Shown: piece after piece, positions 55,970 to 64,000 of the stretch
How positions within the stretch are numbered: position 1 is the first letter of the stretch
How the letters are laid out: the number at the start of each line of letters is the position of its first letter
Virus record (IMG/VR): IMGVR_UViG_3300021960_000027
Span: 53,938 to 117,937 of that record
Reading direction: 5' to 3' (one strand)
Length of the DNA stretch: 64,000 nt
DNA from: a virus
Made by a program: the position numbers and the translations under genes
Notes under the pieces: generated by a model
The model's database searches: none
Seen by the model: only the letters and a program-made list of their open reading frames with translations
Told to the model about the DNA's origin: nothing

Positions 55970-56707
55970 ATGACTCGTAAGTATTTTGTAAACGGTGCGC
56001 CGATGGTCACCCTAACTGCTGGGATTAACTCTACAACGACAACGATCCCTGTCACCTCAACTGCTGGTTATCCAACCTCGTTCCCATTTACCATTGCCAT
56101 TCAGCGGTCAACGGCAAACGAAGAAATCTGTTTGGTTTCTGAAGCAACCTCAACTTCATTTACTGTGACCCGTGGATGGGACGGAACAACTGCTGTTGCC
56201 CACAACAGTTTAGACACGGTTGAACACACATCTTCTGCATCTGATTTTAATGATATGAGCGATCACTTGAACGACTCATCTAACAACATTCATACGCAGT
56301 ATTTGTTGAAGTCGCTTATTTCAGCAAAGGGCGCATTGATTACGGGAACCGCCGCGTCAACCCCATCGACTCTTACCGTTGGTACAAACAACCGTGTCTT
56401 GATTGCTGATAGCACTCAAGCAAAGGGCATCAAATGGGGGCAGATTGTTAATGACTCAATTACTAACTCCACCATTTCAACAGCAAAAATTGACGCGGCG
56501 TTCCTCCAAGACACCATTCAGTCTCTTGCTTCTGCTCCGACAAGCACATCAAATGGTCAAATTTATTACAACACTACGAACCATCGCCTCTACAACCGTA
56601 GAGACGGATCGTGGAAGTTGATGCCACAAAACATTGGCTACGTCACTTATTCAACAGGCAATCCTAGTGGTGGTATTGATGGCGATGTCTGGCTCAAGTA
56701 TGTGTGA
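55970..56707 (+). CDS. tail fibre/structural protein
   Basis: EEI..V...FTVTRG and SAKG...L.VGT...ADS...WGQ shared with the N-terminus of the 21554 fibre. Confidence 0.75.
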   Translation: MTRKYFVNGAPMVTLTAGINSTTTTIPVTSTAGYPTSFPFTIAIQRSTANEEICLVSEATSTSFTVTRGWDGTTAVAHNSLDTVEHTSSASDFNDMSDHLNDSSNNIHTQYLLKSLISAKGALITGTAASTPSTLTVGTNNRVLIADSTQAKGIKWGQIVNDSITNSTISTAKIDAAFLQDTIQSLASAPTSTSNGQIYYNTTNHRLYNRRDGSWKLMPQNIGYVTYSTGNPSGGIDGDVWLKYV

Positions 56708-56716
56708 GGCTCAGAA

Positions 56717-57730
56717 ATGACATTCCACGTTAAAGACGGTGGTACTTGGCGAGAAATCGTAGACGGACCGGCTGTCAAAGTTTCTGGCACATGGCGCAAC
56801 ATTGACTTCGGTTATGTCAAGGTCAGTAATGATTGGAAAGAATTTTATGTCCGTGACCAGACTGGTCCGGTTGCTGTTACAAGCGCGACTGTGACTTGGA
56901 ATAACGGTGACGCTGTTGTTGCTTGGACAAATTCATCTGATGCCGATTTCGACCATGTAGTAATTAGTAGGATTCGTAATCCGTATGCTGGCTCCTCCGC
57001 GTATTTAGACGGGAATGTTGCCACTGTTTCTGGTTCTTCAAGTCAAGCAAAAAGTTGGACAGATACAAATATCTTAGACAACTACATGGTTTATCGGTAT
57101 CGAATTACCCCATACGATGCTCGCGGTAACGCTGGAACCCCATTAAATGTTGACAGCATGGCATGGACTGGTACTGCCCGTGGACGCACCCCCAGCCCAA
57201 TCACTATCGGACCGACTGATTCTGGAACGTGGCGTGGAACTGGCTGGAGAAGCGATTCTTATGTGCAAAGTGCGACTGGCACATACACGCAGGTGTATCA
57301 GGGTTCCACAAGCAGTGGAGAAAATTACGGTTTTTATTTTTATGGGACACAGATTTATGACCTTTTGGCTGGTACAACCGTTTCATTGTTCCAACTCAAT
57401 TTAAAGAGGGATGAGCAAACAACTGGATATTCTGGCGGTTCGTTAAGTCCAGCAATTAACTGGCATTCATGTACTGCTCGCGCAAGTAGTTGTCCTCCTT
57501 CAGAGGGGTTTCTTTCAGGCATGGGTTGGTGTGTCAACGGCGACTGCCCTCAGGAGCGATGGGAAACGTTACCCACTAGTTGGTATGACAACTTTTTCAG
57601 TCCAAGCGCGTCTACTCGCGCAAGGGGCGTGACACTTCAAGGAACTTCTACAATTACGGCTTACTACTCTGGTTGGAAAAGTTATGACGAATCAGACTCT
57701 GGTGACCTGAAGATTTACCATTCGGGATGA
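56717..57730 (+). CDS. minor tail protein with FN3-like domain
   Basis: VKDGGTWR/VKVSGTWR repeats, YRYRITPYDARGN, YQG...G.YFYG. Confidence 0.75.
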   Translation: MTFHVKDGGTWREIVDGPAVKVSGTWRNIDFGYVKVSNDWKEFYVRDQTGPVAVTSATVTWNNGDAVVAWTNSSDADFDHVVISRIRNPYAGSSAYLDGNVATVSGSSSQAKSWTDTNILDNYMVYRYRITPYDARGNAGTPLNVDSMAWTGTARGRTPSPITIGPTDSGTWRGTGWRSDSYVQSATGTYTQVYQGSTSSGENYGFYFYGTQIYDLLAGTTVSLFQLNLKRDEQTTGYSGGSLSPAINWHSCTARASSCPPSEGFLSGMGWCVNGDCPQERWETLPTSWYDNFFSPSASTRARGVTLQGTSTITAYYSGWKSYDESDSGDLKIYHSG

Positions 57731-57736
57731 TCTAAT

Positions 57737-58141
57737 ATGTTTATTTCTTACGTTCAGCAGATTGTTGACCAGAATATACAAAACGATGTTTTTAATTGGT
57801 CTGAGATAATGATCGTTGCTATTCCAAACATCGCCTTAATCAGTGTTGCAATAATCAAGAACAACAGGCAACATAAGTTGGTTGAAGAAAAGTTGGAGTC
57901 AAAAATTGGCACCCCAAATGGTCACGGGACTTTGATTCAGCAGGTGACAGACATGTATGAGAATCAGATGAAAGTGTCTGGTTCTGTTTCTGACATTCAA
58001 CTTCGGTTAACTTCTCACATGCAACAAGAGATGGATCAGAGAGAAGTGACAAACAAAAAGATTGACAAACTCGGAGAGCGCATTGACGCTCAGGGTGAGA
58101 GAATAGATCGCTTGGTCAGCGAAAGGGAGATTAGTAAGTGA
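57737..58141 (+). CDS. membrane protein with coiled coil (possible lysis accessory)
   Basis: One TM segment, NGHG motif, C-terminal heptads. Confidence 0.6.
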   Translation: MFISYVQQIVDQNIQNDVFNWSEIMIVAIPNIALISVAIIKNNRQHKLVEEKLESKIGTPNGHGTLIQQVTDMYENQMKVSGSVSDIQLRLTSHMQQEMDQREVTNKKIDKLGERIDAQGERIDRLVSEREISK

Positions 58142-58470
58142 AAGTAGTAGTTGGTAACCCATTCGCATTGGAAGGGTTTCGTGACGAGAACTCGGACGAG
58201 CCAGAGCGCGTCAGGTATCGGACAATCGAAGGGGAACGTGAAACATCGTTCTTCTTCCCAGAAGGCATGCCCCTCACAGAAATGGCATCAGCAGTAATCG
58301 AATCAATCCCACTTCACATGGATTTATCTTTAGGTAATCCACCTTGGATTGAAGCAGACGACACACTGCTCAAAAAGATTCTCTGTCAGCACTACGGCAT
58401 TAGCGACAGGAAGAAGCGTCCTGCACGATGGGGCGACGGAACAAACGGTCCTTACACAACGGGAGATTAA
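58138..58470 (+). CDS. hypothetical protein
   Basis: 110 aa, GGGAG SD. Confidence 0.7.
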   Translation: MKVVVGNPFALEGFRDENSDEPERVRYRTIEGERETSFFFPEGMPLTEMASAVIESIPLHMDLSLGNPPWIEADDTLLKKILCQHYGISDRKKRPARWGDGTNGPYTTGD

Positions 58471-58474
58471 GACA

Positions 58475-58858
58475 ATGGCAAGAACAGACGCAGGCAGAGA
58501 CTGGCAGGCTCGCATCATGGGAGACACAGGCTCAGATGGTACTGGTGACTATGCATCAGCGACCTACATTGGGCTGTCCGCAAATACAGACTCCCCAGTC
58601 GCGTCCAATACGACGTTGCCGGGAGAGATCACATCTGGAACACTCGCTCGGACTCAGGCTGTCTATGCACACACCAATGGGACATCTTCCTACACGTTGA
58701 CCAAGACTTTCACTAGCGACCAGACCGTCAACATTGCAAAGACCGGCGTGTTCAATGCATTGACTGGTGGGACATTGGTGTTTGAAACGTTGCTTGGCTC
58801 AACGGCAAACCTCAAGTCGGGTGACACAGTTCAAATCGTGTTCACTGGAACCCTCTGA
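58475..58858 (+). CDS. virion structural protein
   Basis: MARTDAG...YIGLS...GVFNA..GG.L...GDT.Q pattern; start moved to ATG 58475 with GGGAG SD. Confidence 0.75.
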   Translation: MARTDAGRDWQARIMGDTGSDGTGDYASATYIGLSANTDSPVASNTTLPGEITSGTLARTQAVYAHTNGTSSYTLTKTFTSDQTVNIAKTGVFNALTGGTLVFETLLGSTANLKSGDTVQIVFTGTL

Positions 58859-58880
58859 GCATTAAACAACGTCTCGCCTC

Positions 58881-59570
58881 ATGGCAGGTTACATTTCTCT
58901 ACTAATTGACAAAGACCCCCCAGCAGGGGTTAGTTTGCGTACGGTCGGGAACTCAACAGAAGTCGACACGCTGAAAGTAGAACTGATTCTTGAAGCCGAG
59001 GATTACCTCAACGGGCAACAAGACATAACACACATGAAGGTGTATGGGTCGGGAGTTCTGCCATCCACCTTCGGTTACAACACCATCGTTCCGTACAGGA
59101 AGAACATCACCATCTATTTGTATCCCGGTGAAGGGAGCAAGGAAATCAATGCGGTGGTGTATGACTCCCACGGCAATGAGAGTGATGAACAAACACTTAC
59201 TCTCAACTACACGCTGGCATCAGTTAACCGTGTACATATCCTCAACCAGACACACGTTCACTACACAGGTAGCAGTGGTCAAAACAAGTATCCCGGCATC
59301 TGGTGGATGGCAGAACAAGACTTTGATGAATATCAAGTATGTTTAGTATCCAATATCAATGATTCTTATGAGGACGCTACCCCACTAACCACCAGTATGG
59401 GGACAAACATTTATGACCATCTTCTTTTCCCCCAATTCCCCACACAAGCGATAGGGTCGTCGATTAACATTCCAGCCATGCTCGCTAGTTCGACCTTCTC
59501 ATCCCTGATATCAGGCGCACACATCTTCAAGGTGTTTGTTCGCAATCAGGGTGGAGAGTGGTACTCCTAA
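58881..59570 (+). CDS. Ig-like structural protein
   Basis: D..PP, G.K......YD..GN.S and KVFVRN..G.W beta-sandwich motifs. Confidence 0.6.
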   Translation: MAGYISLLIDKDPPAGVSLRTVGNSTEVDTLKVELILEAEDYLNGQQDITHMKVYGSGVLPSTFGYNTIVPYRKNITIYLYPGEGSKEINAVVYDSHGNESDEQTLTLNYTLASVNRVHILNQTHVHYTGSSGQNKYPGIWWMAEQDFDEYQVCLVSNINDSYEDATPLTTSMGTNIYDHLLFPQFPTQAIGSSINIPAMLASSTFSSLISGAHIFKVFVRNQGGEWYS

Positions 59571-59579
59571 CAAAGATGC

Positions 59580-59609
59580 TTGCGTTGGGTAACACCCGTG
59601 GGATACAAT
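59580..59609 (+). promoter_or_regulatory. SigA-type promoter for the small early gene cluster
   Basis: TTGCGT-N18-TACAAT, followed by an AAGGAG SD. Confidence 0.65.
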
Positions 59610-59651
59610 CGATTGAGTAACCCATAACCACCGTTCTCAAGGAGAGAAGAA

Positions 59652-59894
59652 ATGGCATTTATGCAATACGTTTGGATTACCTGCGACACAGGTTGCGGTG
59701 CGAAATTTAACACTCATACAAACAGTGACGGAATGAGTCGTACACGAAGCCCTCGCGACAATCGCCATGAAGCGACACAAATCGGGTGGACACATTCACG
59801 CAAGTTCGGTGACCGTTGCCCAATGTGTTCAAGAACCATTCGCGCAGTCAAGCAGTGGAACGAATCCAAAGCAAAGCAATCAGTTCAAGAATAG
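59652..59894 (+). CDS. small Zn-ribbon protein
   Basis: ITCDTGCG...GW...DRCPMC. Confidence 0.75.
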   Translation: MAFMQYVWITCDTGCGAKFNTHTNSDGMSRTRSPRDNRHEATQIGWTHSRKFGDRCPMCSRTIRAVKQWNESKAKQSVQE

Positions 59895-59916
59895 AAATTA
59901 TTAATGGAGGCGCAAC

Positions 59917-60078
59917 ATGAGCAGGACTACTGCTGAGTGGAGAAATATTTACAAGGCTCGCAATGAGCGTCGTCGTTCGTTCAGTAAGTCTGAGCGCGCA
60001 TTCAACAAGAAGTTCGGCAGAGCATTGTCTCAGCGCAAGTGGGACAAAAACAAGAATCGTCGTACTGACGAAGACTAA
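59917..60078 (+). CDS. very basic 53-aa protein, not in ORF track
   Basis: GGAGG SD; MSRTTAEWRNIYKARNERRRSFSKSERAFNKKFGR. Confidence 0.65.
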   Translation: MSRTTAEWRNIYKARNERRRSFSKSERAFNKKFGRALSQRKWDKNKNRRTDED

Positions 60079-60087
60079 TATCTGGGC

Positions 60088-60279
60088 ATGGACACTTCAC
60101 ACGACAATGCTACTGACATAGTCTGTTCAGGCTCAGGAACATCTGGCTTTGTTAACCTTTCATTGGGAGAGAATGGTAAATCGTTCCGCTACTACAGATG
60201 CAGTGTGTGCGGTGCTTACCTGTCCTCTACTCCGTTGAAGGAACACCAGCCGATTGCGAGAAACAGTGGCAATCGGTAG
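60088..60279 (+). CDS. small Zn-binding protein
   Basis: CSGSG...CSVCG...H. Confidence 0.55.
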   Translation: MDTSHDNATDIVCSGSGTSGFVNLSLGENGKSFRYYRCSVCGAYLSSTPLKEHQPIARNSGNR

Positions 60280-60568
60280 CGAAGGTGAGATCGGTGTAGA
60301 GTTCCGCACCGGCACCAAAGACATCAACTACCCGTGGGTTGTCAACGGTGTACGACATCAGTTGATGCACGGGGATAGCAAGGTTGTGTACATCTGTGGT
60401 CGACCATCAAATCTGTATTCAAGGTTTGAGTGGGAGTGCCACCGAGGGTGCTGTGTCAGCAAACCTGACCCCAACGACGAGATCACTGATGAGATTCCAA
60501 TCGTTGGTTTAAGCATCACGGGGACAGACGGAAAAAGTTATCTAGTTCAGAAGGGGAGTGGACAGTGA
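60254..60568 (+). CDS. hypothetical protein
   Basis: 104 aa, AAGGA upstream. Confidence 0.55.
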   Translation: MRETVAIGSEGEIGVEFRTGTKDINYPWVVNGVRHQLMHGDSKVVYICGRPSNLYSRFEWECHRGCCVSKPDPNDEITDEIPIVGLSITGTDGKSYLVQKGSGQ

Positions 60569-60827
60569 TGGGTTGCTTGGTTGCCATTGTGGTGAATACC
60601 TTCCTTGCTCTTGGCTTTGCATTTCTGATTGCGACAGCCATGCGAGGGAAGAGGTGACATCTTTAATACTTGACTTGGTCAGCAGACTTCGATATTGTTC
60701 TATCTATCAGAAAGACATAGGGCATCTCTTGGAAGAGGCCGCGAGTGAAATCGAACGACTCAATGAGATCATTGAGCAATCGAATTCGGGAGGGAAACAG
60801 CATGAAGACAATGCAGTACAAAGTTAA
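60558..60827 (+). CDS. hypothetical protein
   Basis: DLVSRLR...EAASEIERL motif common in small phage proteins. Confidence 0.65.
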   Translation: MDSDGLLGCHCGEYLPCSWLCISDCDSHAREEVTSLILDLVSRLRYCSIYQKDIGHLLEEAASEIERLNEIIEQSNSGGKQHEDNAVQS

Positions 60828-60987
60828 GGAGTTGCCATCGTGCGACTTCTGTGCAGGTGATACAACTGCCAAGTATCGGGGCAAGGTCATCTTTCCCGAC
60901 AAGTGGGCGAACATGTGCAAGGAACATTTTGAGGATTACGGGGTTCGCTCCGGCAAGGGCAAAGCGAAAGAGTTAATTCTCAAGTGA
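60802..60987 (+). CDS. small Zn-finger protein
   Basis: CDFC...AKY...WANMCKEH; GGAGG SD before ATG 60802. Confidence 0.7.
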   Translation: MKTMQYKVKELPSCDFCAGDTTAKYRGKVIFPDKWANMCKEHFEDYGVRSGKGKAKELILK

Positions 60988-60998
60988 GTGTCAATCAA

Positions 60999-61151
60999 AT
61001 GATTGAAATTGTTTGTGATGCTTGCGGAGAGGCAGAGAGTGAGTGGGGAACCACCGCAACGTCTTTTCGTAAGTCACTTCAGGACTATGGGTGGAAGTCA
61101 ACATCAAACACTGACTTGTGCCCACACTGCATTAAGGAGGCAGGGAAATGA
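60999..61151 (+). CDS. small Zn-ribbon protein (50 aa), not in ORF track
   Basis: MIEIVCDACG...GW...DLCPHC; ATGA overlap with the next gene. Confidence 0.7.
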   Translation: MIEIVCDACGEAESEWGTTATSFRKSLQDYGWKSTSNTDLCPHCIKEAGK

Positions 61152-61381
61152 GTAGGCGTTTTAGGCTTTTACTGGCGACATTCGTAGCGACTGCGTTTGT
61201 CTATTTCTTTTGGACGATGCCTTGGTTGCCAAGGGATTATGTCCAGACTGTTAACCAAACACCGGCAATGAAGTTCGCTTCGATTGCTTGTTGGGTGTAC
61301 GTTTGGGCAGTGTCACTTCGTCTGCTCCACATCTTCAACACTGGTCATCGGGTGTTGAGCATTCGGGAAAGCCGGTCATAA
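61148..61381 (+). CDS. small membrane protein
   Basis: Two hydrophobic segments; AAGGAGG SD. Confidence 0.7.
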   Translation: MSRRFRLLLATFVATAFVYFFWTMPWLPRDYVQTVNQTPAMKFASIACWVYVWAVSLRLLHIFNTGHRVLSIRESRS

Positions 61382-61390
61382 ACAATGGTC

Positions 61391-61473
61391 GTGGTCGGGA
61401 AGACTGGAGTCACGGGAGAGCCGTGGACACCGCTCATTAGGTTGTCGCGGGTCATCGAACACTTCCCGACCAC
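61391..61473 (+). ncRNA. candidate structured RNA / cis-regulatory element
   Basis: Perfect 12-bp stem GTGGTCGGGAAG/CTTCCCGACCAC enclosing two inner hairpins; intergenic. Confidence 0.45.
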
Positions 61474-61500
61474 TCAACTTTCAAAGCGACGGGTCGGATT

Positions 61501-61593
61501 ATGAAGAGCGTCATTATGATGTCGGGCTTTATTGGCTTTGTTGTTATCATGCTGGCTGTTCTCCTTGACTCAATGTTCAACAGCAAGAAGTAG
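61501..61593 (+). CDS. 30-aa membrane peptide, not in ORF track
   Basis: MKSVIMMSGFIGFVVIMLAVLLDSMFNSKK; fills the gap before 61596. Confidence 0.5.
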   Translation: MKSVIMMSGFIGFVVIMLAVLLDSMFNSKK

Positions 61594-61595
61594 AG

Positions 61596-61934
61596 ATGTC
61601 AGACAAATACACACTGGATACCGAACTACTAGCGCGCTCCATCGACATGTTTGTTGAGCGAGCGATTGAAGACGGCGACTCAATAGAGAACATCTTGCAA
61701 ACCATCCGTGACGATGCGTGGAGTACAAGGTATGTTGTCGCCGCGGTTCTTGGTTGCTATCAAAGCATGATGACTGAAACTGTCGATTGGTCTACGATTG
61801 GTGGCTTGACGTTGTTTGAGCAACTGTGGACATCAATATCAAAGCGGATTCACGATATTGAATCCATGATTATGGAGGGTATGCCAAGTGTTGACACCGA
61901 AGCAGTCTCGGAAACTCAGGGAGGAAGTTCTTGA
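61596..61934 (+). CDS. hypothetical protein
   Basis: 112 aa acidic. Confidence 0.65.
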   Translation: MSDKYTLDTELLARSIDMFVERAIEDGDSIENILQTIRDDAWSTRYVVAAVLGCYQSMMTETVDWSTIGGLTLFEQLWTSISKRIHDIESMIMEGMPSVDTEAVSETQGGSS

Positions 61935-62202
61935 GGAAGCAAAATCTGCGGTAACTGTTGACCGCAACCGTGATTACTCTGAGCCAGAGAACAACTTTGA
62001 GAACATCGCTCGGTTGTGGACGGCTTACATTCCTGACTATCAGTTCACTCGCAAAGATGTAGCAGTCATGTTCATGCTGACCAAGATTGCCCGTTCGTAT
62101 GCGACACCAACGCTGAAGGATCATTGGGTGGATATTGCTGGCTATGCCGCGTGCGCCCAGCCCTGTGCAGTTGTTGACTCTGAAGAACCACTAGGTAAGT
62201 AA
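61888..62202 (+). CDS. DUF6378-like protein
   Basis: LEEA...DRNRDY..PENNF..IA.LW...KIAR...DHWVDIAGYAAC. Confidence 0.8.
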   Translation: MLTPKQSRKLREEVLEEAKSAVTVDRNRDYSEPENNFENIARLWTAYIPDYQFTRKDVAVMFMLTKIARSYATPTLKDHWVDIAGYAACAQPCAVVDSEEPLGK

Positions 62203-62230
62203 ACCTACTTAATTGCACTTGGAGGTGCGT

Positions 62231-63151
62231 GTGTCTCAGTTTGAGATTCTTGTTGGTGATGCCATTGAATCAATGAAGGGGCTGGAAGATCAGTCAGTCA
62301 GGTGTGTCATCACCTCTCCCCCGTATTGGGGTCTTCGTGATTACGGGCATGATGGGCAGTTGGGGTTGGAGCAGACTCCAGAAGAATATGTCGAAGCAAT
62401 GGTGGAAGTGTTTCGTGAGGTGCGTCGTGTTCTTTCCGACGACGGCACTATCTGGTTGAACATTGGTGACTCATACATCGGCGGTGGTCGCGGGGGGCAG
62501 TCATCTAAGAAGCGTTCAGATAACTGGCAACCCACCTATTCTCTTCAGAACCACGTTCCCAAGAACTACAAGGCAAAAGACCTTGCTGGGATTCCGTGGA
62601 GGCTGGCATTCGCCCTGCAAGCAGACGGGTGGTATCTGAGGCAAGACATTATTTGGCATAAGCCAAACACGATGCCTGAGCCGGTGAAGGACAGGTGCGT
62701 GAAGTCTCACGAATACGTTTTCTTATTGAGCAAGAAACCAAAGTATTACTTTGACTACTTGGCGATTAAGGAGCCTGCTGTTGGAGAGAGGTGGGGTGGC
62801 AACAAGCCAATCAACTTAGACAACAGCAAGGATGTAGATAACCAGTTCTCTGGTCTTACCCGTGAACGACAGATGCTGTACGAGACTCGTAACAAGCGTT
62901 CCGTGTGGTCTATCATTACTCGCCCATTCAAGGGCGCACACTTTGCCGTCATGCCAGAAGAGTTGGTAACCCCATGTGTGCTGGCTGGTTCGGAAGAGGG
63001 AGACTTGATTCTTGATCCATTCGCTGGCTCAGGAACAGTTGGTGTTGTTGCTCTCCGACATGGGAGAAGGTTCGTTGGGGTTGAGTTAAACCCTGATTAT
63101 GCAGAGTTGGCGAATGAGCGGATTCGTTCTGTTCACCCAACATTATTTTAG
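62231..63151 (+). CDS. beta-class DNA amino-methyltransferase (SPPY; N4-cytosine likely)
   Basis: VITSPPY motif [24 protein letters not shown] motif I; GTG 62231 after GGAGG. Confidence 0.93.
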   Translation: MSQFEILVGDAIESMKGLEDQSVRCVITSPPYWGLRDYGHDGQLGLEQTPEEYVEAMVEVFREVRRVLSDDGTIWLNIGDSYIGGGRGGQSSKKRSDNWQPTYSLQNHVPKNYKAKDLAGIPWRLAFALQADGWYLRQDIIWHKPNTMPEPVKDRCVKSHEYVFLLSKKPKYYFDYLAIKEPAVGERWGGNKPINLDNSKDVDNQFSGLTRERQMLYETRNKRSVWSIITRPFKGAHFAVMPEELVTPCVLAGSEEGDLILDPFAGSGTVGVVALRHGRRFVGVELNPDYAELANERIRSVHPTLF

Positions 63152-63163
63152 AAGGAGAATTTA

Positions 63164-63655
63164 GTGCCAGTTCAAGTTGGAATACTTGTCAAGTTGAAGC
63201 CCGGTGTAAGGCGGGGGAGGAATGGTGAGGTACTGAGTGATGGTAACGACATGTTCGATTACGCACTCAGTGTCCTCAAGCGTACTTCTGTTGTAGCAGA
63301 CGAGGATTACTCTCCAGAGTGGATTAAGGACTGCATCGAATTGATGGGGAGCGGTGAATGGCTTGATCGCCGCGATGTCCGTGAGTGCGAAGATGCGATG
63401 ATTTCACTAAGAATGTTGCACAAGAAATTTATGAGCGACATGAAGATCGAATGGTCAGAGCATGAAACTATCTTCAGTAGGAACAGGACTCAGCACGACA
63501 AGACAATGAACAGCATTGTTGGAATGTTGAAGACTGGCTCACGGTTCGCTTCGGAGACTGATAGCCCGTATGGACTGAATGCGTATTTCGACAAGGAAGC
63601 CGCGAAAGCATCCAAGTGGAAAGACGAAGAGCAGGTCTTTGAATACGATGACTGA
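63164..63655 (+). CDS. hypothetical protein
   Basis: 163 aa, AAGGAG SD. Confidence 0.7.
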   Translation: MPVQVGILVKLKPGVRRGRNGEVLSDGNDMFDYALSVLKRTSVVADEDYSPEWIKDCIELMGSGEWLDRRDVRECEDAMISLRMLHKKFMSDMKIEWSEHETIFSRNRTQHDKTMNSIVGMLKTGSRFASETDSPYGLNAYFDKEAAKASKWKDEEQVFEYDD

Positions 63656-64000
63656 GATTTACGCGTTTGGCACAAGGTCGAATAACGCACAACTTGTTGC
63701 TGACCTAGTCGAACTCGGTTACATCGATCTTTCTCAACCAATCCTTGATCCGACGTATGGGTACGGAAGATGGTGGAAGGATGTTCAGCCAGAAGCATTG
63801 ACTGGGTGTGACATTCAGCCTGAACTTTCTCCGTACGGTCGCTCAGTAGATTTCACTGACATGCCATTTGAGGACGGGGAGTTTGATGCAGTGCTGTTTG
63901 ACCCACCGTACAAGTTGAATGGTTCGTCGCATGGCTTTGCTAACGATGCGTCGTATGGCGTGGGCAATAAAAAGCCAGTGAGCATTCAGAACAGATACCA
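63648..64000 (+). CDS. second DNA methyltransferase (DPPY; N6-adenine likely), truncated by window end, not in ORF track
   Basis: Hand translation gives ILDPTYGYG (SAM motif I) and FDAVLFDPPY (motif IV). Confidence 0.8.
   Translation, partial: MTEIYAFGTRSNNAQLVADLVELGYIDLSQPILDPTYGYGRWWKDVQPEALTGCDIQPELSPYGRSVDFTDMPFEDGEFDAVLFDPPYKLNGSSHGFANDASYGVGNKKPVSIQNRY

Noticed and set aside
61391-61473. tRNA, hammerhead or known riboswitch
   Set aside because: No T-loop GTTC or cloverleaf, no CUGANGA/GAAA core, and no convincing match from memory; kept only as an unknown structure.
1-64000. Stop-codon reassignment
   Set aside because: Long ORFs tile the plus strand under the standard code and end in all three stop codons.

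Overview
This 64 kb window is part of a large tailed bacteriophage genome. All plausible genes lie on the + strand, tightly packed, and read in the standard code. Two WhiB-like genes point to an actinobacterial host. The replication block (DnaC-like, DnaB, primase, J-domain protein, SSB-like, DnaE, RecA, two PD-(D/E)XK nucleases, RuvC, sigma-like factor), the terminase and the portal recall Bxz1/cluster C-type large actinophages (recalled, not searched). The window also holds several tail-fibre genes, a lytic transglycosylase, a metallophosphoesterase, small early genes and two DNA methyltransferases. No major capsid, sheath, tape measure, integrase, tRNA or CRISPR array was recognised. Best leads: (1) head-region polyproteins made of unrelated small modules (DUF2958, LPD29-like, Zn ribbons, GNAT, ADP-ribosyltransferase-like) joined by a recurring basic linker ASRKTA, suggesting a packaged, protease-processed effector cargo. 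(2) A glycine-rich fibre-like protein with a symmetric RSNHHHH poly-His insert, followed by two 2OG-Fe(II) oxygenases and a flavin-dependent halogenase. (3) A recurring (C/A)CTGTC-N20/21-TAAG motif before late genes, a candidate phage-specific promoter. (4) GCNGC sites that almost always overlap CGCG, suggesting methylation shielding from restriction. (5) Two structured-RNA candidates. All family calls are by-eye motif recognition; no database search was run.
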